DNA of 64,000 nt from Gordius albopunctatus (lineage: Eukaryota): positions 5,146,001-5,210,000 of the forward strand of contig OZ193909.1 in the NCBI GenBank assembly GCA_964276515.1, written 5' to 3'. Made by a program: the position numbers and the translations under genes. Below the pieces are notes generated by a model that had not been told where the DNA came from, did not search any database, and was given only the letters and a program-made list of their open reading frames with translations. Below, one piece after another: positions 37,301 to 52,300 of the stretch (position 1 is its first letter; the number at the start of each line of letters is the position of its first letter).

Positions 37301-40300
37301 GTTTACGTCGCCCTTAAGCGCAAAATCAAGACTTCCGCAGCCGCCTCGGCTTCACCAGCCTCACCATACAAGGCGGCGGAGGGGCTGCTCCTGGGTGAGG
37401 GTGAAGAGGAAAGCATATTGTCACGCGCTTGCCTTACGCACCCTTCCCTCAAATCCTACTCCGAATTAGGGTTGGGGTGCGGCGCCGGCCCGAGAGCGTT
37501 ACTCACTAGCGCTCGAGTCACGCTCGCGGGCGGTAAAATGGGTGGTGGGGGTAGGATACTTTTGGCCGCCTTTACCCTCCCTGGCAACCCCCGACACCGA
37601 AACGCCCTCTGCATTTACCGCTTGGACGAGATTCACGCCGCCTTCGATAGTGCCCTGCATCCGGTAAAGCAATTTCGCTTTTTGGATTCCAATTTATTAT
37701 TTTTGAAATATGGTTTGCCAGAAATTATATGTGAAATCATATCAAAAATCGTATCGATCTTACGTTTGTAAATATTTTTCGATAGTCTTTCTCACACTTG
37801 ATTGTCCTATCACTTAATGAACCTACACTTAATATCTCATTTTACAGCTTGCAAAATTTCGTAGTGAAATAATTAAAACTGCCCTCGAATACCTCTGAAT
37901 GATATAATATTGAATAGGCGTGAGAGCGCAGTTCAAGTTTTTTTTATGGAACAGTATGAACCTAGGTAGGTAGGATCCACCTTGTTTCTCAATCGTCAAA
38001 TATCTACACCTTTTCGCAATTGGTTGGGGACTAATTTTCCCTCCTTATCTAAATCCAGTCTCTTTGTCCGTAAGTCCTTCCTTAAACCGAACCTGAGTTA
38101 GCGCATTGTTTTGATTTTTTGTATTCAACTCGTTAGTTCTTCTACCCTTAATTCTTAAATGGATGGCTGGAGAAATTCACCCTTGATAATATCTATTAAA
38201 ACCTTCGTGGCCATAATTAGATATACTCAAAGGATGATCCTTGAAAATTAATAAAAACTGTCGCAAACTTCAATTTAAGTTGTCATCACCATGGGTCGCC
38301 TAGCCAGCGCTGGGATTACAGGGGCGGCATAATGATTTAGGGAGGGGCAAAGTGATCATTTTTAAAAATTTTGGCCATAATTATATTAAATTTTAACAAA
38401 TTTGTGGATTTAGAGACCCCCTCCCCGCTTGGCAATGCTGGATTAGTTTTAATAATAAACTATCTTCGATGTTAAAAACAGATGTAATGGTGCCTTTTCA
38501 AGTAATTTTGAATGAAAGTTAATTTCATTCAAGCATGAACTCTAATTTAGTCTTCTTGCCCTATATTTACAGTTGGCTACTGACATTTTCGTGTATAAAA
38601 TAACGGAATCGGTGAACGCTAAATTAACTGAGAGCAGCAAACCACCGGTTGACGAGTTTGCCAAGACGGTTATTTTATTTAAATTCCCCCTCGTCTGACA
38701 CAAATCCTGTCAAGGCTTCAATTTGCTCCGCTTCGTTTGGCTTCCCTTTTATCTCTAATCTCTCTGGAATAACACGGGGGAATAACGATAAGATTTAACT
38801 GGCGCGGGCTCCTCTTTGCTTACTTAAAATACTTAATTTTCAATCAAATGGCATGGTTTCGCACGCATGAGAATGGAAATTAATTTCTAGCAATTAAAAC
38901 CGAGTTTTTTAGTGATATACCTGGAAAATTGAAATCTCATAACTTTCAAAAAAATTTAAAAGGGGCCAGTGAGATTAGGGAAATGGAACTCTTTTTTGGC
39001 TAATTAAAATTTGTATTGCTCTGCAACTTAAATTATGGTCCCGTGTGAAAATTATTTAGCATTTATCTGCGTATATAATACTTTGCAGTAGAGAAGTGCA
39101 AAGTTACTTTTTCCACGAACCCCACCTGGCCCGAAGACATTTCAAAATTTTCAAGCCGATCCGATATCGGATTGGATCGGGTTTTGGGTCACCCGTGCAG
39201 TTTTCTACTTTGCAGTGTTTTCCCCATTTTTAAGCAAAGTGACCATTTTGGATATAATATTTATATAGCAAGTTTGAAAAGATTTTCCTAATGATTAAAG
39301 GTAAATCTCAATAGTCCTTCCGAGGCACGGGGTCAAATCATTGCATTTCTTCTTCAATGAAATTTTCACTATTGGGTATGTTTAATATAATTATGAAAAG
39401 GTGAAAAGTTACGTGCACGATGCCTGTCTTTCAACCGGTTTCATAACGGAAAACGCCGAAAACGATCCCAAAATAACCGCTAGCCCCGTTATAACCTTCG
39501 ACGGGGACCAAGGTTCCATCACCGCTATAAACAGCGATGTGGTGGAAGAACATACCATAGCTTTCCTCGGCACCGGAGACGGGCGGATTATCAAAGTAAA
39601 CCCAAAAATTGTCCTAGAACTTGTTGAAAAAATACTGAGAAATTCGGGAATTTTAGGTTTTTTCGTAACTTAATAACTTAATGGCGCGCTGAAAATGTTA
39701 TGTAAGCACTATTACTTTATGAAATACCACTATAATAATTTTTACGAATGAGAGTATAAATTGCGATTATTTTTTATTTTATTATGCCTGATTTCTAAAA
39801 ATAGTTTTTCGATTGACAAATCACCTTTTTCCTAATGGATTCAAGTACGAGCGAGAGATTGAAAATGTATTTTGTTTAATAAATTTTATTTTGGACGTCC
39901 TTTTTCGTTAAGATTTATGCTTAGTCGTTGAATGAGTGCAAAATTAGTATTCCACTGTTGTCTTGACTACGATCTTTCGTATAAATGTGACAATCTTTGT
40001 GTTTTAATTCCTAAAAACTCTAATAAAATTAATGTTTGTGATTATTTTATTAGATTAGAAAGCTATTTGATGCGCGAACTATTGAATGATCACTAAAAGT
40101 TTAATATTTATATTTTATGCAATATAATCCCTTTGACGACCACTCATTCTTTGATGACTTGAAAGGGGCTTAATTTGAAGAATTAATATTAAAATTCAGA
40201 AATATAACACTCCCCGTAGATGATATACAAAGCTTTTGAGCTTATTATACAATTATATAAAGCTGAATCTTATTTTAATTTTGTTTTCTCTTATATTTTA

Positions 40301-43300
40301 CTGTTTGAAAAGTGTAGAATTTTAAAAGTGATCAGGCTTAACAGTGGTTGTTATCAATTTTAATAATCCCTAATTCGGCTTTTTTAGATGAAGAATTACA
40401 CCGTTTTAAATAGCATTAATTAGTTGGGAGGTGAACATTAGTTATTTTCTCCCATAAGTTATTTGTCGGATATTTACAAACTTTTATATTTTATTTTATT
40501 TTTTCCAAATCAATATATATATATATACAAGATTAATTTGATTTAATTTGTCTATGCTCGTGCCACGTTTTAGGTGCTGATTAATTCGTTTACCTCCGCC
40601 TCAATTTACGCCGAGTTTAAAGTAGCCCGGGGCTACGGTATATTGCCCGAGCTAGAATTCGGACCGGATCGTTCTTTTATTTACGGCCTGACGCAAGAGA
40701 AGGCAAATAAAACCTTTTATTTTCATTAGATGAGGAGGAGATTATATGGCAAATTTGAACGAAAGGCCATTTTGAAAATGGGGAAAAAATTATGATCATA
40801 TATTAGCCATAGTGGATTTTGCATTTAGATGTGATTCCAAGCATGGGCGTAGCCGGGGGGGGGCCTCTAAATCCAAAAAGTTTTTACGATTTATTAAAAT
40901 CTATGGCTATATTAATTTTGCCCCTCCCTCTCTAAATCATTATTGGCCCCCCTCTAGATATCACTTTTTTTACTATCTTGTAGACAAATTCTCCCCTTTA
41001 AAAAGCACGTTTTATTTTAAATTTTAGAAGGGGTTTAATTTACTAAATATGTTGATGGCCGAATCCACGTGACGACTATCGCTGGTATGGAATGTAAAAG
41101 ATAGATGAACTTTAGAAATGAATAATATCTTTAGTTTTTTCAAGAGTTTTTATTAACTATGAAATTAATAAACATCGTCATGGACCCATCCCGGGGGGGC
41201 GACATAGAGAGCAGCTGACCCATAAATCAAAATATTTTCATATTTTAACGAAATTATGTTTTAAATTTCTAAAAATCATCATTTTGCTCCTGCTTTACGA
41301 CATATTTAAGAAATCTAATTATAAATCGTTTAATAGCTTTTTAACTTAACTTTTTTCCTATAAGGCTTTAAATTATAATTCGGCAGGTAGGATCCAATTT
41401 TTTGCACAAAATAATTTTGCTCCAAAGCAACTTGGTGAATAAAAAAGCTCGGTGAATTTTCCGCCATCGCGATAGCTTAAAATTCCTAGTATTGTGAAAA
41501 TTAATAACTAGTCTGGAAAAAACCTGGGTAAATTCCACTTTTTTATCTCCTTCACCGGATGAATCATTAAAAACCATCTTGAAATAAAGACGTCTCAGTA
41601 CTAGTCTGTGTACCTTAATAAAGCTTCGGTGGCGCTCTCTTTATCACAAACCATAATTACGGATGGGCCAGCAGCTTTTTATGAGTTTTTGGCGCGCTGG
41701 TAGAGCACACGATTCGTATCCGCATCCGCTTTAACCCATCATATGTCCAACCATCAAAAAATGATAGAGATCTCCTTGAATCATGTGCATGGGTGTAGCC
41801 AGGGGGTGCGGGAGGGGCAGGGAAGGGCGGCTGCCCCCCCCCCTCAAAATTCAAAAATATGTTGCAATTTATTAAAATTATGGCTACAATTTGGGAAAAT
41901 GATCATTTTGCCCCTTCCTAAATTATTATTGCTCCCCCTCCTCTGATCCCAATGCTGGCTTCGTCACCTTTCGATCTTTTATTTTTAATTTAAGCCTGTT
42001 TCCCAAAATTTTATTTCTATACCATTTTGTTTCTGAAACTAAGTCGTGCGATCAAACCATACTTGATTTACCTTAAGCGCAACATATTTAATTTACAAAT
42101 CTAAGATTCATATAGAAAATACGATCTAAATCGGATTTTTTAACGAAAATTCTGTCAGAACTCTTCAATTTTGGGTTTGAAAAAATTTGTTTGATACATT
42201 AGACTTTTTAAACTCAACTTAAGCGATTCATATTGATCCCTTGAAGTTTATATACACTCAACTTGTGCTTATTTTTAGTAGGCCTAAAATATTTTAGCTG
42301 CGGAGGAACGGTTTGCTACCTCTCATCGGCCCCTAGAATATTATTTCCTTCTTTTACAGTACCCAATGAGTAATGGAACCAACTGAAATATGTCGCTGTT
42401 AACTCACATTCTCTAACACCTACGTGCAATGCAGTGCAATTTCATAGATTGACTCACTTAAAAGTCCATAAAATTCCTTAATTCCACATTCCAACACCGC
42501 TTAGGCGGCTCCACTTTTGTGCACTCAATTCAATATTATGTATTAGCCCGGGGGAGACAGGGGCGCAATTGGCTCCCCTAAATTTTTGTCATCTAAAATA
42601 TACCAAACTTGTTTCTTCCCCTAATCCAAATCCCGGCTACCCCGATATTCCTAAAAGTTTGACAAATCTATGTGCTAAAGTTTGATTTGTAAAAATAAGC
42701 GTTAAATATGAAGCAAATGGATTCAATTCCTAACCCTATGATATACAAGGATGGCTCATCCCATAATAATTCCTACAACATTGTTCAAATCCCACTTAAA
42801 ATGACATTTCTAAGGCTAAATCATGGGCGTAGCCATGTTTTGGATTGGGGGGGGGTGGTGGTCAAACATAATTTTTTCTAATTTTAAAGGGTTTTTGCAT
42901 TCAAATTTTTTTGTGATTCAACGGACTAAATTAAAACATTCCATGTCTCCTTTTGAGTTTAGGTAAAGTTGTGGGCTTTAGTAAATGTAGTTTAGATTTG
43001 TTGGGTAACTAGCACAAAAAAACATTTCCAAATCTTGTTTTTCCAAAACCGCTTCAATCCCATATGAGCGTAGCATTGGGATTAGAGGGGGGGGGGCAAA
43101 ATGATCCTTTTATGAAATTTTGGCCATAATTTTAATAAAATTCGACAAATTTTTGGATTTAGAGTGGGGCAGCCGCCCCTCCCTGCCCTCCCTATGGTGT
43201 AATGGCTTTTGTAAAAAGCCTTAAAATCCGATACATTACCTAGGCAATACACACGATATAATGGATGGCCATTAATTTCTTTTGTCGGCAACATTTTATC

Positions 43301-46300
43301 GTCCTTCGTTATCATCCTAGGAGGTTATAAAGTTTTTGGTACCAATTTTGAAAACTCGTAGTTTGGCACTACTCGTTGTTAATACGAGTTTGGATGAGTA
43401 TTATAACCATGTTTGAAATACCTAATTTGTGGATTTCGGTGTAAATGTTATCGAAAAATACAAATACCCCCGAACTTTCATAATTGTATTAATTAAAATT
43501 AAATCGTAAAGAACAATGTTTCATTAAATAATTGTCTTAATTAATATACATCTTAGCTAAACATTTGTTTGGAATTGTTTGGTTGATATAAGTGACATTA
43601 TATCATACATATAATGTTACCCAAGGTTTTTAAAATGCGGGTGCACACGTGTGAAGTTTACGGGGACTGCAAATCTTGCCTCTCCTCCAAAGACGTCTAC
43701 TGCGGATGGTGCAATCACGATAACAAGTCAGTTTGTAGTCTTCTTCATTATTTTGACCAAAACACTTAAAAAGACGAACGTTGTTACCTAAGGCTAAAGA
43801 GTTGAATTTGAAACAACTTTTTCAATTTTATATACATGCCTCCTCATAAAGGGATCGGGAATATTTAACCTTTAGATTATCGTGCACCATTTTAAATTGC
43901 GAGGGACCGTGTCATGAGCCTTCTCCAAGTCGATAAAGACCATTTTAGATTTCTCTCCTTTTCCTCATATTTATTCATAAACTAAGCCAATTCAATAGCT
44001 CGGCCCAAAATCTTGTTGATCTTTAAAGCAACTTTCGCTAATTGTAATTGCCCGACTCTAAACCAATAAGCCGCCCTAGGGATAGCGATCAAAATGTTTA
44101 GCCAGACCTTGAATTGATTTATAAAGATTTAAACTGAGTTCTACAACTAAAAGAAAGTTAAATTTTTGTAAGAGTTTAATACTAATTTCATTCAAAACCC
44201 GTGTATCAAGGTGTAAGACTAGGGCAGATTGTGAGGCATCCTACGACCGTACGAAAGGGCCTTCAACCTACTTGAACACGGGCGGAACGCAGGAAAATTT
44301 TGAGTCTTGGGTTTCATACGATACTGGTCAATGTAGCATAATAACTTGGCTCAACCCTTCCGAAATTCAAATAACCACGCTTAGAAACGTAAATAAAGAT
44401 TTTCAAATTTATGCTTGTTGTCTCGATATGACCTCGAAGTGATTGTTTGTGATCAAATATTGTAGCGTAATTTCCCAGCCTATTTTTATATATTTTCCGT
44501 TTTTCGACTCATTTACTCAGTTTATATGCTCATTTTTGCTTCTTTTTTCAACAAGGTAGCAGGCATATTAGATTTAAACCGATGAAAAAACTGAGTAATT
44601 TAGTATTATCTACTTAAATCTACATCAATAATTTATTGCATTTTAGGGACAATGACAATCTTTCCACACACTATAATCCTTAAATATTAGATTAATTATT
44701 ATTATTAAAATAAGTTTATGGGAAAGAACACTTTATTCATTGTTTGTAAATAGATGGTTGGTTTTAGAGCGTTCTCTATAATAACATAAATAAAATAATA
44801 TACGGCTCATATTTTACTTTTTTAGTGTGGATAAAAGTATATAAATTATTTAATTTTTTCCAACCGTAGCATTTATAATTGAATATACCACTTACATTTA
44901 TAAAATGTTATTAAACCAACCATCAAATTTATTAATTGAAAAGTCTAAGCTAACTTTGCTGCTAATAGTCTAAATCCCCCTTATCTTATCTTACATTTGA
45001 ATAAGTTGATATTATAGTTTAGTTTTTTTTTAAAGAAATCTAACATTTCTATTAAATTGCAGTGAAGCTATACGTGTAAATTTTATGTCAACTTCTACCT
45101 AATTCTGCTGCTATTTTAAAATTTGCACAAATTATATATTTATATGAATCTCTCTTTTATTTTTTATTTTAATAATAGGGAAGATTCAGTAAAATTTATT
45201 AATTTCATCGAATAATAACATCATTTTCTACTTAAAAACTTGGGTTGAGGCTTTTTCGAATATTTGTAAAGTACATCGTCGTGATTCAATTCCTAATGTA
45301 GGTATTCACTCTTTACTTCATACATTACAGATTCGCTTAGTTATTAACTATTTGCCCTCCGGCCTCAGCACAGTATTGGCCCCCTCGACCGAATATGCTT
45401 GCGTTTTTACGGCTTTCGGATCCAGTGTGGAAACCCGAGCCAAACGTATTTCACTACCACAAGGCGTTAGGCGAGGCGAGGCCTTGGGCTGTCGTAGTCC
45501 TGACTTATCCCAGCTCTCATCGATCCCTTATGGGAAAAGTAGGGATATTTTAGTTTTTTTACGAACCATTTAACGATATAATGGATAAATGGGATTTTTC
45601 AGTTTCATTGTTTTTAACCTTGCTTCAATGAAATTTACTGAGGTCACGGGAAGATATTAGATAATGCTTCAATGTAGTAGGAATGTATTATATTTTTAGA
45701 AATCGATAACGTGAGAATTTAAAATGGAGAATGGTTTTAGCACTCTGACTATTTTGAGGGATATGGGTTCAATCGTATAATTTTTACTTTTTGGAATCAT
45801 TTATATGGGGGAGCTTATTTAAATTGGACTTTGGCTACTTTTTGGTAATTTTATATTAGATTACCTTTTTTGTACATGTTGCATTTTTTATTGCTCTATT
45901 TTCAATTATTTTCATTACTAACTTTACAATTTCAATAATAATAATAATCAGTCAAACGCTTTTAACAAAAATTGAGAGTACTTTAAGCTTTAGAGTATAG
46001 GAAACACGATTGTAATGTTATTCCTGCCCCCTTTCTCAGATTCCTACTCAGCCATTTTATCGGTGAAAAAATTGGGTGGCCCGGAATTCACTTACACAAA
46101 CTTTACGGTATACGATTGCACCTCTTACCGTTCGTGCGTTGAATGTACGTCCAGTCCTTATCAATGTCACTGGTGCGTCAAAAATAACATGTGCACCCCC
46201 GACGTCGATCAAGATTGTCGCGGGGATTACCTAATCAACGGCCTCAAAGTTAGTCGAGAATTTGCACTATTTTTCTCCGAGCATTTGCTCGATTAATTTT

Positions 46301-49300
46301 TGCTATTAAGAATAAAAACAATTTTTTTACAACTAATTTATCGTTTTCAATTGGAATTATTAAGATATTTGAGTAAGTTTAATAATATCTCAAGGGATTT
46401 GAGCACTTTGCCTTACCTTTATTTGTATTGAAGACTGCTTAGTCTTCAATTCATTTATAAGCCGCTCAGTCAAATTAATAACTATATCGGATGAAAATCT
46501 TCGGTCAGACTAAGAACGAAGTAGTAGTTTTAAGGAGTCAGGCCTGAGCATAGCATTAAGGAACTTCCTTGTTATTATAGTCCTACAAACGTTTTTAAAA
46601 ATCTTATAATACCAATGTATTTTTCACTATAATCATGTCTATCATTTTTCTCAGGTAATGGGAGCTACTTCTAGGCCCGGCCCCGAATTTTGCCCCTACC
46701 TAGTCATCATGGACCCCAAGCCCATAATCCAATATTCTGCCGGAAAATTGGGCCCGACTCCTAGCATAATAGTTCACGCCGAACGCAATTTAGATCTCAA
46801 AATGAAAGCTTTCAACGTGCAGCGATTCATGATTCAGGAGCGCTCCTTCACTTGCCAATTCAACCAGAACGGCAAAATAATGACGCGCAACGGCCGGTTC
46901 AATGAATCGAGTCAGTTGATCATATTGTTACTTTTACTATGCAATAATAGAAAAATGTTGTGCAACAACAAAGTAGTGTTGCTAAAACGCCTGGGTTCTG
47001 TTTGATTGACCTTTGGTTTAACTAAGGCTAACGGTCCACTCTGGTCCGTTTTTCACTTTTCGACCAAGCCGAGAAGTCGATTAAGAAAAACAAACCAAAA
47101 AACTGAAAATCCAGCTGTTTTTACAACACTACAACAAAGTTTTCTATTCGTTTTCTCCCTGGCATTTAATCGTTAGATTTGCTTAATAGCTTATCCGGGC
47201 AAATTTTTTGATTACTTGTTCAGATTCCAGCACTGGGCAATGATTATGCAATTTAGGAATTCGGTAATTTACCGAGATTCCGCTATTAAAAATATCTCTT
47301 AGATTTTCGTTTTTTTGTAAAATGAAAGATATCAAGCTGCATGTAATGCAGGTTATCACAAAACACCGTAAAATTGCATTAAACTTTACCGTTTAGACGT
47401 GTTAAAATCATTAATTTTCATCATTCTTTTTCCTTAGATAACGTCTTGACTTGCGATTCCGTGGGATTTTACTATGCTTCCAGCGTGGCAAACGTAACGG
47501 TAACTTTTGGGGTGCTCTGGTCAGCGGAAAAAATGCTGGACGGCCCATTCGCCCCTACGGCCCAAGGCTATTCCTTCCCAACTTCTACTACGACGACGGG
47601 CTCAGTTATTTTGGTCTACAAATGCGCTTCCCTGGCGCACGATTGTGGTCGTTGCATGCTACTTTCCAATGCTTTGGGCTGTTCTTGGTGCGAAAATTCT
47701 TGTTCGATCCACGAACAATGCTTCGGAAATTGGTTGGAACGCAATACTACGTGTCCCGATCCCATCATAACTAGCGTGAGTTGACGTCGGCATTTTGAAG
47801 TCTCGGGCTGGAAATAAATTGCCCCCCCCCCCACAACCCGTTTTGATACTTTTTAAGCAGATTCTAACCTTTGATTATTAGTACTATTTTGATCGGTTTC
47901 AATAAGATTTAAATTATTCATTACTCCCTTTCGGGCTCTAGTTTAAATCGTTTGGATACTCTATTATATGAAAGTTGGCGCTGACTGGTGTCGTAAAAAC
48001 GGCTGGTTCTTTTACAACACTAGTTAGCACACATATAGAATTCGTTCAGAATTAGGAATTAGGATCAATAAGCCTATCAAGAAATCGAACTCAATTTTCT
48101 GTCCGAGTTGGGTCCTATTTTATGAACCTACTAAACATTTTCGAGGACGTTTACATGCATGGTGTAATGTAGGTTATTTTTGATATTTATTTCACACACG
48201 CTGTGGCATCCTACCTGCCAGGTGTTCCATTTTACTCTCGCTATTTTATATCTTCCCCCATTTCACTCAACTCCGGCTATTTTTATTTCTATAATATGCT
48301 ATTTCTATAACTATCATTGGTCTCTTTCTGCATTTAATTGCTCGCATGTTTTAAGGGTTGTAACCAACAATTTAGTAATTCGTTAAGAGGTCAAATTAGT
48401 GTAATAATAATGATTCTTTAATTTTTGCGATTAATATTTCCAATACACGCCTAATATTAGTTTTCACCGACGACCGGTCCTTACGAAGGAGGCACGGACC
48501 TCACAATTAAAGGACTCAATTTGGGGCGAGAGATCTCGGATTTCTTGCAGGGCATCACCGTTGCTGGTATCCCCTGTAATCCTTACACCCATAGATATGT
48601 GCCTACTACGGAAATCGTTTGCAAGGTTGAACGGAGCGGAAAAGAAATCACCGGACCCCTCATTATTAATGTCGGTCGTTACACTGGCCGAAGCGCCTCT
48701 AATTTCGCTTTCGTGGTACGCCTTCGCTGCGATTCTTTTTTACGTCCTTTGAAATGTTTGAGTTAGAGAACTAATGTTTTTGGTCGTGTTCTTGTTAATT
48801 ATGCCTCCATCCCACATTTATAAAGGAATAGAACGTGAACGGGCAAAACTACGTGTCTTAACGAAGCTCTGTTTTGCTAAAGCATTGTTTATTAAGGATT
48901 TCGCTGGTGAGGACAGTTTTTGGTTCTAGTGTTTTAAAAGAATTGCAAGTATATGTAGGGACTTCATGTGTTTATATAAAATGTAGATGAGAGATGAAAA
49001 AAATCGAATTTTTAGCCTTTTACCATTAACTTTTACATTTATTTTTAATATTTGAAACAAATAAAACTTTTAGCTACAATATTTAGCCCGTCGCTCCTAA
49101 ATTTTGTTATTTCACTTTTACTCATATAAAATAAACAAAATAAATAATAATATTTTACAACACTAAGAATGAATAAAGTTATTATGTGTATATGTAAACA
49201 TAAACGTATAGAGACTCATAATAAATAACAGACAAGTATAAAAAAAATAATAAAATATTAAAATTTTTTATAGAATTTTATGGTTACGGACGTGATGCCC

Positions 49301-52300
49301 AAATTTGGGGCCAAAGCCGGTGGCACTAGGGTAACCCTTACTGGCCATCATTTGGATGCCGGGAATACGGCCCAAGTCAATTTAGCTGGTCACGCTTGTA
49401 TCGTCCTGACCCGGTCACCAAACGCCACCCTCTGCCTCACCACCCCTCACCGTGAGGCCTCGGCCCCGCCCTCTGGTCCCGTTATTTACGGAATCGACGG
49501 AACTTTTCGGGAAGGCTTGATGGCTGGTTCGAGCCGCCCTCGCCTCATTTTTGAATACGTCGATAATCCGCGAATTATGAAAGTCGATACCCCGGCCGGT
49601 ATCATGAGGTACTTAACGCGATATTTTGAATGGCACCTTAAACGGGGCTTGTCATATTGCTCCTAGGGTTCACTTTTAATTAACATCGCTATTGAGGGCG
49701 AATATATCCGAGAAAATGGCGTTTTTAGAGCCTTCTCTCCTCGTCTTCATAGGTGTCGCGACCGACTCCTATGGACTAATAAGCTTAAAACCAAAAAGAC
49801 TTATTAGTTAAACACAGATTTATATCATTATAGTCTAAAATGGCCCAAAAGTACGCAAGGTTTTAAAGTTGTATTGTACAATAAGAATTTAAAACTTTTA
49901 CAAAATATTTCTACGTTTTAACTAGTTAAAGATTTGTGTTTATAATATGAGTAAGGCCTATAATGGGATATTTATTGGCTCTTTATTAAAAATTCCCGAC
50001 ACTGATATTATAATATTAGAGCGATTCCTAATTAGTGTTATTAAATATAAAGGTAATATCGTTCATCAAAACTCACTCGGAAGATTGATTTTCGTTTGTC
50101 ATTTAACTGATCGTATCTATTTTCTTTAGCGGAGGTATACGCATCGACGTGACCGGTGTTCGATTAGATAACGTGCAAGAAGCATTCATACTGATCACGG
50201 TGCACAGAGTCAATTTGACAGCGCCATGCGAGATCGTTTCCGCCGCCAGCATGACGTGCCCCTCCCCTCGCGTCTCTGGTTCGCCCGAACTGGCCACCCT
50301 TGGGGTGGGCGTTGCCCCCGAGAGTGTGGATAAGTCGACCCCGTCCGTCTTCGTAGCTTCCTCCTACGGTTTCGTCCTAGACGGGACGTTCTATCACGTG
50401 ACCCCTCAGTCTTCCGACTCGACTGCTTCGACCTCGTTCGTCCTGTACCCGGACCCCGTGGTGAAACCCTTCGCTCCGCCCGATCACGTGAAATATTATC
50501 GGGCCGGGGGGTCAGGCGATTACCTGAGTGTCGAAGTGGGCAACGCCTGTCCCATTTGTCGCGAACGGGATTTCGCCGTCACCGTAGGCGGTCTGCCCTG
50601 CGACGTCACTTCGGTGTCCGAACGCATCCTCAATTGCGTTCCGCCCGCCGCCGAACACGTGCTCGCCGCCGTCTCTTCGGCGTCACGTGTCGGACGATCA
50701 CGTGATCGAGTGGGTGTTGCCGAAGCGGTACCGTCACCGGCCGACGGTGACCCCGCTCAGTATTTGGTTAGGGTAAGTTTTCTCTCCATAGGAATGGAGA
50801 GGTGGTTGTTGTTTTTAAAATTGTCACCAAATCGCCTCTTGTTTGCTGCAAAGCATTAGTTGTTATTATAGAATAGACTGATAATACTAGAGACTGGCTA
50901 ACAGCTGTTGAGAATTTATTAAGCAGCCTATCCCGCCATTGTTAATGTGTATCTTCTTCACAATTTCGACCATTTACAATCTATTTCCAATTTTTTTTAC
51001 CTGACATCAATTCTTTTATTTGTTAAGACTTTTATTAAGTGATATTGGCTTGATTTAAATTTTTGAAGATAGATTTAAAAATTTAGCTCAATTAATGTTT
51101 AGCTTGCATATATATGTCATTAAGATAGCGGACTACATCCTTATTCAAAAATATAATCTGTCTATGCTTGTTCCTTATCCTTGTACTCCCAACATTGCAA
51201 GTAAATTGATTTTTTTGTTATTAAGTTTTCTGCGACATGAGTATTTGCAATATTAAGGGTCGGAGTTGGGCTGAAAATAGTGATACGGCCATGCTTTTTT
51301 ACTTTGAAAATTGTTTGAAAAACAAAGTGTAACTATTCTTTTTTTATATCCTGATATTTTACCTTGAAAAATTACTTTTTCTCTATACATTTTCTTGTAA
51401 TATTGAAATGAGTGGTGTTATATTGCTAACAAGCTGTGTATATTTTTAATGTGGCATGCAAAGTTCCCAAAATTCACTATATTATTAATTTAAAGGAGTT
51501 ATAATAGGATAGGCATGGAAATGGCTATAAAATGTAAACTTATTATCAAAACATAGATTTTAGAGATTAAAAAACGCAAATAGTCCAAATAAATTTCCAA
51601 AATTTTAATTTGAATTCCTTGCCATTGTAAAACCTAGCGAGTTAAACTTTTGGGTCATATTGAGCCGTAAAACCAATTGATGTGGAAATCAATGTAAGAC
51701 CAACGGAAGGTTTCACGGTTATTTATGATAGGATTTTATCCAGTTTAAGAATGTGTAGTGAAAAAATACTTTGAAAGTTAAGTCGGTTGGACTTTTTCGA
51801 AAAAATTAATCTTTCAACAAATTCTCTGATTTAAATGGAAAATGGCCACCAATTTTGACTGTATTTTGCAACCATTAAAATAAATTGAGTTTTAATTTTT
51901 ACAATTATTTAGATACTCTGTGTTACGTAGCTTTTCATACTATCCCTATTTGATATGCCAAAGGTATGGGTCGGCGATAACTTGATAACGGACGTGGGCT
52001 ATCTGAGGTACGGCGATATCAACCCAGCCTCGGGTGTTGCCGGTCTAACAACGACCGGCATTGCCTCTATCACGGCCTCGGTTTTGGCCCTGCTCCTGGC
52101 CACTTTGGCCGTTTTCCTTTTTTACCGCCGAAAATCTAACCAAAACTCCCGAGCCCTCAAAAATATGCAAGAACAAATGACGATTCTGGAATCTCAAGTG
52201 GCTCAAGAATGTAAAGCAGGTATGGCCTACCCTACAAACTAGCCTGTAAAAAATTAACCTTGAGCATCAGGGTTTGTGTGTAAATTTCTTAAAATCAATG

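Noticed and set aside
36807..37469. Overlapping alternative-frame ORFs in plexin exon 2 (also at 47451-47834)
   Set aside because: These are expected in GC-rich coding DNA and show no independent coding signal.
38573..38611. Possible 39-nt in-frame cassette exon in plexin intron 2
   Set aside because: AG and GT boundaries exist, but the peptide ([13 protein letters not shown]) does not resemble the missing Sema segment and there is no transcript evidence.
46427..46452. Hairpin ttgaagactgcttagtcttcaa in a plexin intron
   Set aside because: It is short and isolated, with no ribozyme core or pre-miRNA-length stem.
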